A DNA stretch of 63,365 nt, filler included, from Malassezia furfur (GCA_052055015.1; 27 parts of 27 records of this genome joined end to end with filler, not necessarily neighbours in it), one strand, 5' to 3'. Counted from the first letter of the whole stretch, positions 1-12,592 are shown. Translations and numbers: made by a program. Notes: generated from the letters alone by a model not told the origin.

Positions 1-1
1 C

Positions 2-1648
2 AATGCGCTGCGCATTCGCGGCGGCGGTGCGGGTCGGCGACGACGCGGCCGGCAGCACACCGAGCACCTCTTCGTCGGTGCGCGCGGGCGCCGGACTCGT
101 GAGCGCCTCGACGGCGCTGGCGTCGTGCTCGTCGGAGACGACGCGGCGCGTGGGCGCCTCGTCGTCCGCGCGGCTGTCGGTGCTCGACGCGCTGTCGGTG
201 CTCAGGCTGCCCAGCATGCCGACGCGCCGGCGCTTGGGGCTCGGGCTCTTGCGCGGCTGGCCGACACACGGCGTGGGCTTGGTCGCGGGCGCGACCGACG
301 CCGTGAGGTGCTGCGGCGTGGCGATCGCTTCCTGCGCGCGCTTGGCGCTCGGCGTCTTGGGCACCGCCTCGCTCAGCTCGCGGCGCAGGCGGTGCTCGAT
401 GCCCCAGCGCATCCACAGCGGCGCGCGCTCGTACATGTAGTGCTGCTGCGGCCCGACGACGCACCCCGGGCGCATCATGCGCATGTAGCCAATCACCTCG
501 TTCGCGGTGAACTGGTACTTCCAGATGAGGTAGGCGCCGATCAGCACGCCGGTGCGCCCGAGGCCAGCCTTGCAGTGCACGGCGATCGCCTGGCCCTGCT
601 GGATGGTGCGGTCCGCCTCGGCGATAAAGGTCTGCACGATCTCGTCCGAGGGGTTCGAGCCGTCGTCAAAGTACAGGTCCTTGTGCGCAATGCCGCGCGC
701 CTCGAAGGCGCGGCGGTTGTACAGCGGGTTGTTGAGGCGCACCACGAGGCCCACGCGCCGCTCGGAAAAGTAGTCGATCGTGCTGCGCAGCAGGCCCGTG
801 GGCGGCGCGGTGGTGTGCGGCACGGCGCTGGGCTGTCCGCCGCTCGCGGCGAGCATCGCCATGTACGCCTTGTCCTTGGGCGAGGCGAATGCGAGGAACT
901 GCGGCGTGATCCAGTTCCAGTCGCCGTTTTGCACCTGCTCGTAGTGCTCGTACTCCTCCAGGTCAAACGTGGTCAGGTCGAGCAGGTGGTGGTCGAGCGC
1001 ACGGCGCATGCCGTACAGGATGTCTTGCATCGTCAGGCTAAAGTCGGCGCGGCCGTAGCCCGCGTCGCGGAACGGCTTCAGCTCCAGTTCGCTGTAGGGG
1101 TAAAATGCGTCGGCGGGCGAGATGTGGTCGATGGTCATGGCGTACAGGGCGCACAGCAGCGCAGCGTTCGCCTTGTGGTGTGCGTCGGTGCTGGTATAGA
1201 GGCAGAGCTGCGTGTGCGCCATCGCATCGTCGATCAGCATCTGGTGCACATGCACGCAGAAGCGGTAAAACATGGCAATGTTCAGCGGGCCCCAGTCGTT
1301 GGAAAAGCTCAGGTATACGAGGTCCTCGTCGATGCAGAACCAGTGCAGCTGCTTGGGGCGCGCATCGCTCGGCAGATCGGCAGGGAACGCGGCATGGCGC
1401 AGGCCGTTGCCCGCGTTCAACGTGTCGGCGTCGGGGAAGCGTTCTTGCGCAAACACCGCAAACCAGAAGCGGTTCGACACGGGCGTCAGCCCGTGCACCA
1501 GCGCGGGGGTCGGTGTGGGCCCCGCGGGCGGCGTAGGCAGCACACGGACGTGCGACGACGACGCTTCCGGCTCGGTGTGCGTAAACTCCATGAGGTCCGA
1601 GTCGTCCGGCGAGTACGGCACCGTGATTTCGGTCGCCGTGGTAGCCAT
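2..1648 (-). CDS. CDC14: Cdc14 dual-specificity protein phosphatase (3' truncated; absent from the ORF track)
   Basis: Manual translation from ATG at 1648 (MATTATEITVPY...) gives YLSFSNDWGPLN, PFRDAGYG, NGDWNWITPQFLAFASP and the catalytic loop VHCKAGLGRTG. Confidence 0.93.
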   Translation of the reverse strand, partial: MATTATEITVPYSPDDSDLMEFTHTEPEASSSHVRVLPTPPAGPTPTPALVHGLTPVSNRFWFAVFAQERFPDADTLNAGNGLRHAAFPADLPSDARPKQLHWFCIDEDLVYLSFSNDWGPLNIAMFYRFCVHVHQMLIDDAMAHTQLCLYTSTDAHHKANAALLCALYAMTIDHISPADAFYPYSELELKPFRDAGYGRADFSLTMQDILYGMRRALDHHLLDLTTFDLEEYEHYEQVQNGDWNWITPQFLAFASPKDKAYMAMLAASGGQPSAVPHTTAPPTGLLRSTIDYFSERRVGLVVRLNNPLYNRRAFEARGIAHKDLYFDDGSNPSDEIVQTFIAEADRTIQQGQAIAVHCKAGLGRTGVLIGAYLIWKYQFTANEVIGYMRMMRPGCVVGPQQHYMYERAPLWMRWGIEHRLRRELSEAVPKTPSAKRAQEAIATPQHLTASVAPATKPTPCVGQPRKSPSPKRRRVGMLGSLSTDSASSTDSRADDEAPTRRVVSDEHDASAVEALTSPAPARTDEEVLGVLPAASSPTRTAAANAQRI

Positions 1649-2306
1649 GGTGGCAAGCGTCCGCCAGCACCCAGGGGGGTATCAACTCGCACACCAACAC
1701 CGGTCGCGTTGCCTTCTAAGTCACGTGGATGTAAACTCCACGGCGTGGCCAGCCGCGCTGGAAGGGCGCGGCGGGCGTGCATAGACATTCAACGCAACAT
1801 GGCCTGGCGCATGGGAGGGGCGTGTCGATGTGGCACGGCGCTGGCCACCGTGGAAGGCCGCGCACAGGGGGCGGCGAGGTACCGAGGTGCGCGCGTGGCG
1901 CGCACGGACGTGCGTTGCGCTTACGGCCGCATCCGCATGGCCCGACGCCGCCGATCCTGCATCCACCGCGGCCGCATCCACCGTGCCGCGCCGTAGCTCG
2001 GTAGATCCGTAGGCGATCGGCGTCGTGGAGCGAGCATCGCGGCCCAGCGCTCCACGCCGACTGCGGCCTGGGCGTTCGACGCGCCTCCACACTCCACCCG
2101 CGACGCGTCATGCCGCCGGCCGCCTCGGGGTGGATCCGCGCACAGGCAACGCCGCGCGCGGGCCCCAGCACGCGGCCAAGCTACTCGGAGGACACGGAGC
2201 GTCGGCTGGACCGTGCCAGCGTGCAGCGCGACGCGCGCACGACGCCGACGCTGCCGCTTCGGCCGCGCATCTCGACGCCGCGCGCCGCGCCGTCCGACGC
2301 GCGTGT

Positions 2307-2406
2307 NNNNNNNNNNNNNNNNNNNNNNNNNNNNNNNNNNNNNNNNNNNNTTAATTAATTAANNNNNNNNNNNNNNNNNNNNNNNNNNNNNNNNNNNNNN
2401 NNNNNN
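2307..2406. other. Artificial contig spacer N44-TTAATTAATTAA-N44 (first of 26)
   Basis: The same 100-nt spacer, with stops in all six frames, starts at 2307, 4711, 7097, 9480, 11859, 14236, 16610, 18979, 21346, 23711, 26076, 28441, 30806, 33160, 35513, 37864, 40208, 42551, 44893, 47230, 49566, 51887, 54200, 56507, 58799 and 61085. Confidence 0.99.
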
Positions 2407-2599
2407 TCCCACCAGGTTGCCGGAGTCCTTCATGAGGTCCTCCCCCTCCTCTTCAATCTTAGGCACGTCTTCGTGGGGCGCGCCCTCGGGGCGCGGCGCG
2501 GCGGCCTCCGCGGCCTCGTGTCCGCGCACGGGCCACGCCGCCGGGCGGCCCGGACGGGGGCGGACGTACGCACGTGGGCTTCTCTCCGCTTATCTTACC

Positions 2600-4710
2600 A
2601 TGGCGTACACCGACGTGGACCGAGAGCCGCTACTGCCTGCGGACGAAAAGGCGGCGCCGCCGCCGTACGAGGAGCTGGCGCCGCCGCCGGCGCCCCCCCG
2701 ACGCGCGCATGCCAAGCGTGCGCTGCTTGTCGTGGCGCTGGTGGCCGCCGCCGTCGTGTTCTGGCACCTGCCGTCTGCCGCGTCGATGGAGCGCGGCGCG
2801 CACGCGTGCGGCGACCGGTGGCTCGATGTGCTGCGCACGCAGGTGCGCTGGGACGACGTTGCGTGCCGCGTGCGTGGCCAGACGCATGCGGGTGCGTGCC
2901 GCACGTCGTACGACGAGCGGCGTCGCGAGACGGAGCGTGCCTTTTTGGCGGAGCCGAAGGCGGAGCGCGCGCGCCGTGTGCTGAAGTCCTACACGGAGAT
3001 GCACCACCTTGCGGGCGAGAAGGCTGACTACGTCTCGGCGCTGCACCAGCTGCAGGAGTGGTCCGCGCTGCTCGGTCTTCCGGACGTGGAGGATGCGGCG
3101 GCGCTGGTGCACGACGCGGGCAGCGGCGCGAGCCAGGCGCTGTGGAAGGAGCGGCGCCCGCGCAGCGAGCACACGCCGCAGCCGCGCGTGTGGGCGGACA
3201 CGTATGCGGTGTGGCTGGACCAGCCGGTGCATGCGTCGCTGTCGCTGGCCGATGCGGCGACGAACGCGACGGTGTGGACGGCCGATTTGGCCGAGGAGGT
3301 GCTGGCGGAGGACCCGACGAGTGCGCGCGGCATGCCGCCGTTCCACGGGTACTCGCACTCTGGTGCGGCGTCTGGGCCGCTCGTGTACGTCGGCGATGGG
3401 CACAAGGACGACTTTGCGCGTTTGGCGGCGCGCGGCGTCGACTTCCGCGGCAAGGTGGTGCTGGTGCGCTACGGCGGCCTGTTCCGTGGGCTGAAGGTGC
3501 GTGCCGCGCAGGAGGCCGGTGCGGTGGGGGTGCTGATCTACTCGGACCTCACCGAGGACGACGAGGTGACCGAGGCGAACGGCTATGCGGCCTACCCCGC
3601 GGGTCCTGCGCGGCAGCCGAGCAGTGTGCAGCGCGGCTCTGTGCAGGCGCTCTCGTTCTACCCCGGGGACCCTGCGACGCCTGGCGCGCCGTCGTACCGC
3701 AACGCGACGCGGCTGCGTGTCGACGAGGCCGACACGCTGCCCAAGATCCCGTCGCTGCCGATCTCGTACCGCACGGCGCTGCGCCTGCTCGCCAGCCTGG
3801 ACGGGCACGGCTTCGAGGTCGGCGAGGCGGGCGCGCACCTGCCTGGCGCGCTGCCCGGCGTGCGGTACTGGTCGGGCCCGAGCGCCGAGGTGGTACACCT
3901 GCGCAACGAGATGGACCTGCAGACGCGCGACATCTGGAACGTGTATGCGGTGATCCCCGGGTACATTGACGACGAGCGCATCGTGCTGGGCAACCACCGC
4001 GACGCGTGGACGTTTGGCGGCGTGGACCCGTCGTCGGGCACGGCGGTGGTGCACGAGGTACTGGCGGGCCTCGGCGCGCTGGTGCGCTCCGGCTGGAAGC
4101 CGATGCGCACGATCGTCGTCGCCTCGTGGGACGCCGAGGAGTACGGGCTGGTGGGCTCGACCGAGTTTGGCGAGGACTATGCGGAGCACGTGCAGGAGAA
4201 CGTGGCGATGTACCTGAACCTCGACATGGCGGTCGGCGGCTCGCAGCTGAGCGCCGCGGCCTCGCCGTCGCTCGTGGGTCTGCTGCGCGGCGCGGCGGCG
4301 GACGTGGCGGACCCCACGAGCGAGCGCGGCGCGCCGCTGTCGTTCGGCGACGTCGAGGCGCTCGGCTCGGGGAGCGACTTCACCGTCTTCTTGCAGCGCC
4401 TCGGCATCGCGTCGCTCGACATGAGCTACCGCCGGACGCGCGGCGACCCGGTGTACCACTACCACTCGAACTACGACTCGTTTGCGTGGATGGACGCGTT
4501 TGGCGACCCCGGCTTTGCGCGGCACGAGGCGCTCGCCAAGGTGCTCGGCCTCACGGCGCTGCGCGCCGCGCAGCAGCCGTTCCTGCCGATCGACGTCGTG
4601 GCGTACGCGCACGAGCTGCGCACCTACTACGACCGCGTGCGCGCCGTCGCCGACGACCGCCACGCGCCCGCGCTGCGCGGCCTGCGCGACGCGATCGACG
4701 GCGTGGTGCG
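2600..4710 (+). CDS. M28B glutamate carboxypeptidase II / Vps70-Tre1-like type II membrane protein (3' truncated)
   Basis: N-terminal TM segment, PA domain (RYGGLFRGLKV, RQPSSVQRGSV), and motifs GNHRDAW, VDPSSG, WDAEEYGLVGSTE, YLNLD, GSGSDF, YHYHSNYD. Confidence 0.92.
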
Positions 4711-4810
4711 NNNNNNNNNNNNNNNNNNNNNNNNNNNNNNNNNNNNNNNNNNNNTTAATTAATTAANNNNNNNNNNNNNNNNNNNNNNNNNNNNNNNNNN
4801 NNNNNNNNNN

Positions 4811-7096
4811 GCGTGCGCGGCGCCGCGACCGGCGTGTCCGGCGCGAGCCACGGCTGCAGCAGCGCCGTGCCCGCCGCGCCGTACTTGGCCTCGAGCAGGC
4901 GCTGCAGCGGCGGCAAATCCAGCGCAGGGCGGTGCGCCGGCGCCGCGCGGTCCGTCGGCAGGCGCGCCAGCTCCACCAGCAGCTTGCCGAGGCCCGCGTC
5001 GGTCGCCGGCGCGTCGTCGGGCGGCGCGGCCTGCTCCTCGGCACAGAACGCCTCGACAATGCTCTGCCATGCGGCGTCATCGAGGCGCAGCGCACGCAGG
5101 TCGCCGTCCAGGTCGCGGCTCGCGGCCTCGTACAGCCGCGCGACCGACGCGCGGTACGCGTCGAGCAGCGCGCCGCGCATGTTGCGCATCGCCGGCGCCA
5201 CAAGCGTCGCCATGGCCAGTAGACGCACGCACGCCTCGCTCAGCCCGCTGGGGTGCTGCGCGGCGGCGTCGGCGATCGCCATCGGCAGGTGGCACGCGTC
5301 GCACAGCAGCGACACACACACCGGCGACGCAGGGTCCGCGTGGCGCAGCACGGGCACCGCCAGCGCAAAGAACGCCGCGGCGTCCTCGGCGCGGCCTGCA
5401 AACGTCAGCTGGCCCACGAGGCGCAGCACGGCGGCGACGGGCAGCGCCTGGTGCTTGGTGCGCAGCGGCTTGCCGTCGTCGGCGTACGTGGCAAAGACGC
5501 GCGCGGTCAGCGCGCGCAGCGCGGCGAGGCACGCGTCGATCTCGGCGGGCGGCAGCTGCTTCCACACCTTGCGCTTCTCCAACACGTTGGCGAGGTGCTG
5601 CACACACATCGCCGCGGCGGCGTGCGGCAGCGGATCGCGCACGGCCAGCGCCTCGGCGACGGGGCGCAGCAGCTGCGCGGCGTCGACCGGCGGCTGCTGC
5701 ATCGTCGCCGACAACACGCCCTCCAGCGCATGCCCGGACGGCTGGGCGAGCGCGGACGCCTGCAGCTGGTGCAGCCACTGCACGGCGCCCCGCACATCGC
5801 CGGCACGCACAAAGCCCAGCACCATGGTCGACGCGACACGCTCGTCGATCGGCAAAGCGCCGTCCGCCGCCGGGCGCTGCGCCATCATGCGCTCGAGCAG
5901 CGCCACGGCGCCCGCCGCGTCGCCCAGCGTAAAGTGCGCGTCGAGCATCGCATCCCACACGCGCTCACACCGCGCCGCGCTAAACGCCTCGTTCCCGGGC
6001 TGGATCGTGGCCATGGCGCCCGAAACACGCTCAAACGTCGCAAACACCTGCTTGCACGCCTTGAGGCACCGCACGTTGCGCTCGGCAGGCTGCTCGCCGT
6101 CGTACGCGAGCTCGGTGCTGTTCGCAAACACCTCGATCAGCAGGCGGTACGAGTCGGCGTCTTTGGTCACGAGCACGTTCTCCTCGAGCATCGCCAGGAC
6201 CTGCACGGCCTCCCACGTCTTGCCGTACTGCGCACAGCACGCTAGCAGCCGGTTGTACGCATCGATCGTCGGCAGCAGGAAGTGCAGACGATGCGCGGCC
6301 TGCGCAAGCGCAAGCGCCTCGCGCACGCACGCGTGCTGCTCCTTGGCACGCTCGCTGTGCGGTACAGCCAGCATGCGCGTACACAGTGCATCGACAAGCA
6401 CGCCATACGTGCACTGATCCGGCGCAGGGCCGTGCATCTCCATGTCGCCGTACACGCGCAGCAGCATCGCGACCGGGACACGCGTACCGCGCAGCGACTG
6501 CAGCAACGCATTGAAGCCCGCAATGCTGCGCGCGTCGCCGGGCTCGGCAAGGTATGCATCAACGGCCACGTCAATCGCCGCGACGTCGTTGGCCGCACAC
6601 GCGGTCGTCAGTGCGCCGAGCAGCTCGTTCTCACGCGCCGACATCTCTTGCTTGCCGGACCGCGGCAGCGGCGTGAGCATCTTGGGCGCCGTACGCATGC
6701 GCGAGTCGGGCTGCCCGCCGCTGATCGAGTTGCGGCGCACGGGGCGTCGCGTCATCGGCACCGCCCTCTCGTCCAGCTCGAACTCGGCGGCATCCAGCAT
6801 ACTCAGGGATGAGCTGCGTCCACGGTGGGGCTGCACACGGTGCGCGCGCGCATTTTGCTGTGCAAGCGCCGTGTACAGCCGGGCGGTGGCCTCGCGGCTG
6901 CGCAACTGCGTCGTCGCACTGACCCCCGCACCGGACACGGGTGCCGTACGCGCGTGCGGCGGGCTCGTACGCCGCCCACGCCCGGACGCGGCAGGTGCCG
7001 CCGCGTCACCCGGCGTGCCCATCGGCGACGACGTACGCCGCGGCGAGCGCGCCGATGGGCTGGGACTCGGAGAGGTGGCAGGGGCCACACTGGGGC
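4811..7096 (-). CDS. Pentatricopeptide-repeat (PPR) protein, internal fragment
   Basis: Long ORF with PPR-like helical motifs: PDQCTYGVLVDALC, YNRLLACCAQYG, SYRLLIEVF, WDAMLDAHFTLGD, MVLGFVRAGD. Confidence 0.7.
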
Positions 7097-7196
7097 NNNN
7101 NNNNNNNNNNNNNNNNNNNNNNNNNNNNNNNNNNNNNNNNTTAATTAATTAANNNNNNNNNNNNNNNNNNNNNNNNNNNNNNNNNNNNNNNNNNNN

Positions 7197-9468
7197 GGGG
7201 GCGGTTGTTGCGCCGCGCGCCGGGCGGGAGGAGCCAGCCGGTGTTGAAGTAGGTAAACGAGTCTTTTTGGTCCATGTCCTTGAGCACGCGCGGCTCGGCG
7301 GGCGGCTCGGCAGGAGCTTGCGGCGCAGGTGCAGGCAGCGTCTCGGCGGTCGCATGCCGCCCGCTGCGCCGCACGGCTGCGGGAGGGGTGCGTGGCGGTG
7401 GCTTCCGCGGGGCTTTGGCGGGCCGCGACGCGGCGCTGGCCTCGTCCGGTGCCGCGGCGGCCTCCTCCACGTCGTCCGTTGCCTCGTGCGGGTGCACGTA
7501 GTAAAACTGGCGCAGGTATGCATCGACAATCGAGTCGGCGTTCGCGTCGCCGATCGCCACGCTCTTGGGCGCGGGCGCCTCGGGCCGCGACGCGAGCAGC
7601 GCCACCACCGCATCAGACGGCTCCACACCGAGCGCGCTTGCGTCCGCAAACGCCGCATGCACGGGCGCAAAAATCGCGTCGCACGCCTTGGCGATCTTCG
7701 CAGCGGCCTTGGCGATCGCCGAGTCGGGGGTATTGTACGCCAGCGCGTTGGCACACACGAGGCGCGCATCGTTCTCCATTGCGTCCGCCGTGGTGTAGGT
7801 GAGCGAGGCGATGCGCGACGCGATCGTCGACCAGTCCATGGGTGCGGCGATGCGCTCGTAATAGTCCGGCGCATCCTCCGTCGACACGGGCTGCAAAAAC
7901 CAGTTGGCCTTGTCGAGCGCCATGAGCTGCTCGAGCGCATGCCGCATTGCCGTCTGGCGGTACAGCATGGCGCCCTGTACGACGTGCGTCTGGAAGAGGC
8001 GCGCCTGGCGCAGCTTGGCCTTCTCGCGCTTGCGCACGAGCTCGGCGAGGAGGCGCACCTTTTCGAGGTCCTCGCGCAGGCGGTACAGGTACTGCAACTT
8101 GGCCAGCTTCAGCGCCGAGGTGCGCTCGTCCACAAAGTTGCCCACGGTCCACGGCTCAATGTGCAGCCGCTTGAGCAGCGGCGCGCCGCGCATTTCTTGC
8201 CGCTTCAGGCTCCAGTACCGCACGATCTGCGCCACGGTCTGTGGCTTGCGGCGCAGTGGGATGCGCGCAACGTACTCCAACACGCGGTTCACGAGGTAGT
8301 TGGGCACGGGCAGGGGCCCAGCACTGTACAGCTTGTTGTAGGCGCGTGCGCTCTTCAGCGCAATCGATTCGCCCGCGGTATGCGCGCCCGGCTTGGGCAG
8401 TGCGAGCTCGCGCGTGGATACGTCCGAATCGCTTGCATCGTCGGCGTCGGCGCCGCGCACCTTGGCGCGCAGCTCGGCCTTTTCGTCGGCGGGGAGGTGG
8501 TGGTGGCAGTAGGCGACGAGCGGCGCGTCGTCGCCCTCGTCGCCCTCATCGCCACGGCTGCGCCGCGCTTTGGAGAGCAGGCCAACGCGTCGCGCACACA
8601 TTACATGGAACGCGGTGAAGCACGAGCGGTGCTCGCACTGGATGCAGGCGCCGCTGCGCTTGTTGCACAGGTAGCACCGCAGGCGCCAGCGCGCTTTGGG
8701 GATCGCACTAATTCCGTCAATGGGCTCCATGTACACTGCGTTGCCGACGCCCGTCTCGGGGATCCACATCGCACACAGCAGGTGCGCCCAGGTGCCCTGC
8801 GTGGTCTGCTTAAAGGCGCCGCCCTCGTTGGGGCACAGCACGCACGACACGGGGCGGTCGGGCGACACGGTGCACTTCCGGCACAGCCACTGGCCCTCGG
8901 GGATGTAGGGGATCCCGTAGCAGTCCTGGTGCACGGCCAGGTTGCACCCGTCACAGAACACGATCGCGTTCAGATTCTCACACTCGTTGTCATCGCAGAT
9001 CGCGCACAGCGAGTCGTCCGGGAACTCGTCGTCGTCGTCGCGTGCGCCGATCGAGAAGCGCGACGGGATGCGCTTCACCAGCGCGAACCACTCCTTCTCG
9101 AGGCGGTCGACGATGATCTCGAACGCCTCGCACGTCACTGCATCGAGCTGGTTCTGCTTACGCTCCGCGTTCACTTGCGCAAGCCACGCTTGGTCTGGGT
9201 CAGCGTGTGGCGGCGTACCCTGCTCATCCATATCGTACTCAACCTGCCGGTCAAACTCGGCCTCGGTCGGCTCGATGTAGCGCACCAGGTGCGGCGGAAG
9301 ACGCTGCTCGCGCCCGTCGTGGTAGCCGTACTGCACCATGTGCGGGTCGTGCACGCTCGGTGCCGCACTGAGCACCACGAGCTCCTCGGGCCCCACCAGC
9401 TCGTACGACGGCCGGAGCCGCGCAGCGCCGCTCGTCGCGGACGCCACGGTCGGCGTCCCATGCGCCAT
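7197..9468 (-). CDS. NTO1: NuA3 HAT subunit Nto1/BRPF-like (EPL1, PHD-Zn knuckle-PHD, bromodomain); truncated; intron 9195-9218
   Basis: CAICDD..CDGCNLAVHQDCYGIPYIPEGQWLCRKC, WAHLLCAMWIPE, YWSLKR..RGAPLLKRL and bromodomain DAPDYYERI..PMD. Removing the 24-nt intron restores VEYDMDEQDQAWL. Confidence 0.92.
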
Positions 9469-9579
9469 GTCCGTGCCAANNNNNNNNNNNNNNNNNNNNN
9501 NNNNNNNNNNNNNNNNNNNNNNNTTAATTAATTAANNNNNNNNNNNNNNNNNNNNNNNNNNNNNNNNNNNNNNNNNNNN

Positions 9580-10684
9580 CGGACCCCAGGCGCAGATCGG
9601 AGCGCCGCCGACGGAAGCCCATCGGCCGCCGCGGCTCGTCGTCGTCGCCCGCACCCGCACGGAAGAGGCGCCGTAGGTTCGTGTGGCTGCGCCGCGTTTC
9701 GTCGCCCGGCGGCGGCAGCGACGGCGGCGGCGGCGTGGCCTCGCCCTGCAGCGGGGGCAGTGGCTTCTCCCGACGCTTGGCGGGAAGCAACGACGAGGCA
9801 AGCCCACGCGCCCGTGACCGCCGCGGCGACGCCGGCCCCGGGCCACTGATCTCGTCCTCCGCGCCCGTCCAGGCCGACGTCTCAGGCGGGGCGAGGCGCA
9901 TGCCGTCGATCGCAAGGCCGAGGCCCGCCTGACCGGGTAGCGCTGTGCTGCTCACCGACGCGGCGGGCAGAAGCGGCGATGCAGCGCGCGGTGCCTCAGT
10001 CCATGGCGCGTCGGGCGGCGGCGCATCGTACGGCAGGCGGCCCGGCGCGTCGGCGAGCGCTGCTGCGCGCATCGCCGGGCTCGTCGCCGAGCGCCGCGCC
10101 GCGTGCCACGCGTCCGTCTCGGGCCACACGGGACTCTGTGTGTAGGGCGAGACGTTCCCCAGCTCGTCCGTGTGTGAGCCGGCGACGTCGGGCGAGTCGC
10201 GCGCGGCGAGCAGCGCCGTGCGCGTGCGCCAGCGCGTCGAGGCGTGCACGCTCGGATTCGAGTCCGAGCGCATGCGCATCGTCCCGCTTGGTGCAGCAAG
10301 CGTCGGCGTGGTGCTGCGCGGCGTGTGGCCCACGAGCGCGGGTGTCTGGTGTGCCGAGCTGCTCCCCGCCGAGCTCTTGCGCTCACCGAGCCGCGAGAAG
10401 GAGCGCGAGATGCGCAAAATGCGCGACGCGGTGCGGCTCAGCGGGCGCTCTTCGGCCGGCGATGCGCCTCCGCTCGGTACGTCGCGCACATCGAGCGGGC
10501 TGTAGGTGCGCGCCGTGGGCGCCGCCGCATCGGCACTGTGCGCCGCGAGCAGTGCCACGTCACCGGACGCGACGCGGCGCAGGGAGCGCGGGAAAAACGA
10601 CCGCGGCGCATCCCACTCACGCTCCGCCATGTCCGGCACATACGCACCGGGACCACCGGACGCGTATGCGTGCGCGGGCATCAT
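9580..10684 (-). CDS. Hypothetical Ser/Pro/Arg-rich protein, N-terminal part
   Basis: Open frame to the contig end with low-complexity, signalling-like motifs (EKPLPPL, RRRRSD). No domain recognised. Confidence 0.5.
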
Positions 10685-10903
10685 CGAACACGGTCGTGCG
10701 GTGCAGGACGCCGTCCGCGAGCGTCCCCCGCAAGGCACACCGGCGCTGCGCGCGCAACATCACGTGCGCCCGTCTCCACGTGGGCAACGCGCGTGCGTGG
10801 AGCGCGCAACCCAGCCAGTCGAATACAATGTCTGTCGGCGTCTAAAAAACGAGGGCTACCAACGAGCCCCAAACGAGGGTCATACAGTCGAGGCGCGTGC
10901 CGC

Positions 10904-11858
10904 CTAGCACGAGAAGCTACGGTCGGTCGGATCGCGCGGGATCCAGCCGTGGCGCACACCGGCCTTGTAGCTCCAGTCGTCGGCGTTGTGGTCCTCCGTC
11001 TTCCACGTCCACATGATCCATCCGAGGCCCGCCTCGTACGCATCCGCCTGTGCCGCCCAGTTCTTGCGCAGGTTCGCAATGAACCCGGGCGAGAAGTTGC
11101 TGGCGTTGCCCGTGCGGTTCTTGCACGAGCCGCGGCGCGTCGAGCCGGGGTATGAGCCGTCGTAGCGGCTGCCCGTGTTGCGGCCGTTCAGGCCGGGCGC
11201 GCAGTCGGTGAAGGCGGGCGACCACTCGCCGACCATCGACCAAATGTGGTTGTTGGCGTTGGCAAAGCCGGACTTGAACGAGCAGTAGTACGAAATCCGC
11301 TCGTCCTGCGTCAGGGCGATCGAGGTGGTGTCAAACAGGCGGTACACGTGCGTGTCGACGGACACGCCCTGGTACTTGGGCGGCTGCATCTTGTTCAGCC
11401 AGTAGTCGCTCGTCGCAGGGTTCACAAACGTATCACCAATCACCACAAGCAGGTCGCCGCTGCCCTCGGCGCCGCGCACCGTGTTGTAGCCGCGCTGGTA
11501 GAACCGGCGGATCTCGTCCGAGTCGCCGATCGGCTCGTTCACCAGCGAAATGGCCGACACCGCGCTGTACTCGCTCTGGCTAAACTCGCTCGCGAGCGTG
11601 TTGAGGATCTCGAGCGTACGGCCCTCGTTGTCGGCGTTGCCGAGCCAGTTCATGTGGCCCTTGTGGCCGCCGTGGTCGTACGGGTTGGCACCGCCGGGCA
11701 CCGTGTGCAGCTCGATGAGCACCTTGAGGTTGTACTTGGCCGCCCAGCGCGCCGCCTGCTTGAGCTTGGCAAGCTGGTTCAGCTTGATGTAGGGGTCGCC
11801 CGGGTAGGTCTTCACACCCCAGTACGGGAAGGGAATCCGGACGTGGTTCAGGCCGTAG
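10904..11858 (-). CDS. GH5 exo-beta-1,3-glucanase (5' truncated)
   Basis: GLNHVRIPFPYW, LIELHTVPG, acid/base motif LVNEP, DTHVY, nucleophile motif VGEWS, GWIMWTWKTE. Confidence 0.9.
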
Positions 11859-12212
11859 NNNNNNNNNNNNNNNNNNNNNNNNNNNNNNNNNNNNNNNNNN
11901 NNTTAATTAATTAANNNNNNNNNNNNNNNNNNNNNNNNNNNNNNNNNNNNNNNNNNNNTGCAGTATCGCGGCAAAAATAGTGCTGCACGCACCGGCAGGC
12001 ACCCGCCGGGCGCGCTGTCTCGCATCCGCGCGCCCACACCGACCCGCGTCGCCCCGCAGCCGCTCCGCGCGCCTACGTCACCGCCCGAAGCACACAGGCC
12101 CGCTGACCCACCATGCCGCCGCCGCCGCCGCCGCCCAACCCGGCGTTCCAGCAGCGCTTGCGCGTACGTGGAGGCCCGTCCGCCGATCCCCGCTGACCCG
12201 ATAGGTGCTCAC

Positions 12213-12272
12213 GTTCTCAGTGCCGCTGTTGGTCGTCTCCTCCTGTACGTGCACCCACTCATCCTCAGACAT
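12213..12272 (-). CDS. Possible first exon of an unidentified gene divergent from TRZ1
   Basis: MSEDEWVHVQEETTNSGTEN followed by a GTGAGC donor-like site. The remainder could not be resolved within the contig. Confidence 0.3.
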
Positions 12273-12592
12273 GCTCTACAAACGTCTCTACCTCGGCGAG
12301 GAACAGAAACCGCTGCCGTCCTCGGTCGCGCGCAACCTCGCGAACCCGCCGTCGGACGCCCCCGCCCGCACATAGTCACGTGATTCCTGCCACTTTTTTG
12401 TGGGCCCTCGAGGCACGGCCGCAGCCCAGGCGCGCCTTTCTTCGCGTCGGCAGTGGCCCAGGCACTCGCACGGGCGACGCCGCATACCCACGCACCACGT
12501 TACATCCGCTTGCGCGCTGGGCGAATCGCGCGTTCACGCTCCGCGTACGAGACGCGCTGCCCTCGCGCTCCTTCCAGACGCGCGCACCAAGC

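Noticed and set aside
125..1996. 623-aa plus-strand ORF, and similar long antisense ORFs (7267-9531, 33490-35568, 37977-40259, 51935-54193)
   Set aside because: These are shadow ORFs opposite real genes, produced by high GC3 and few stop codons. They are Arg/Ala-rich with no recognisable motifs.
2110..2306. Possible gene start divergent from CDC14 (MPPAASGW...)
   Set aside because: Too short, with no recognisable motif and several frames open.
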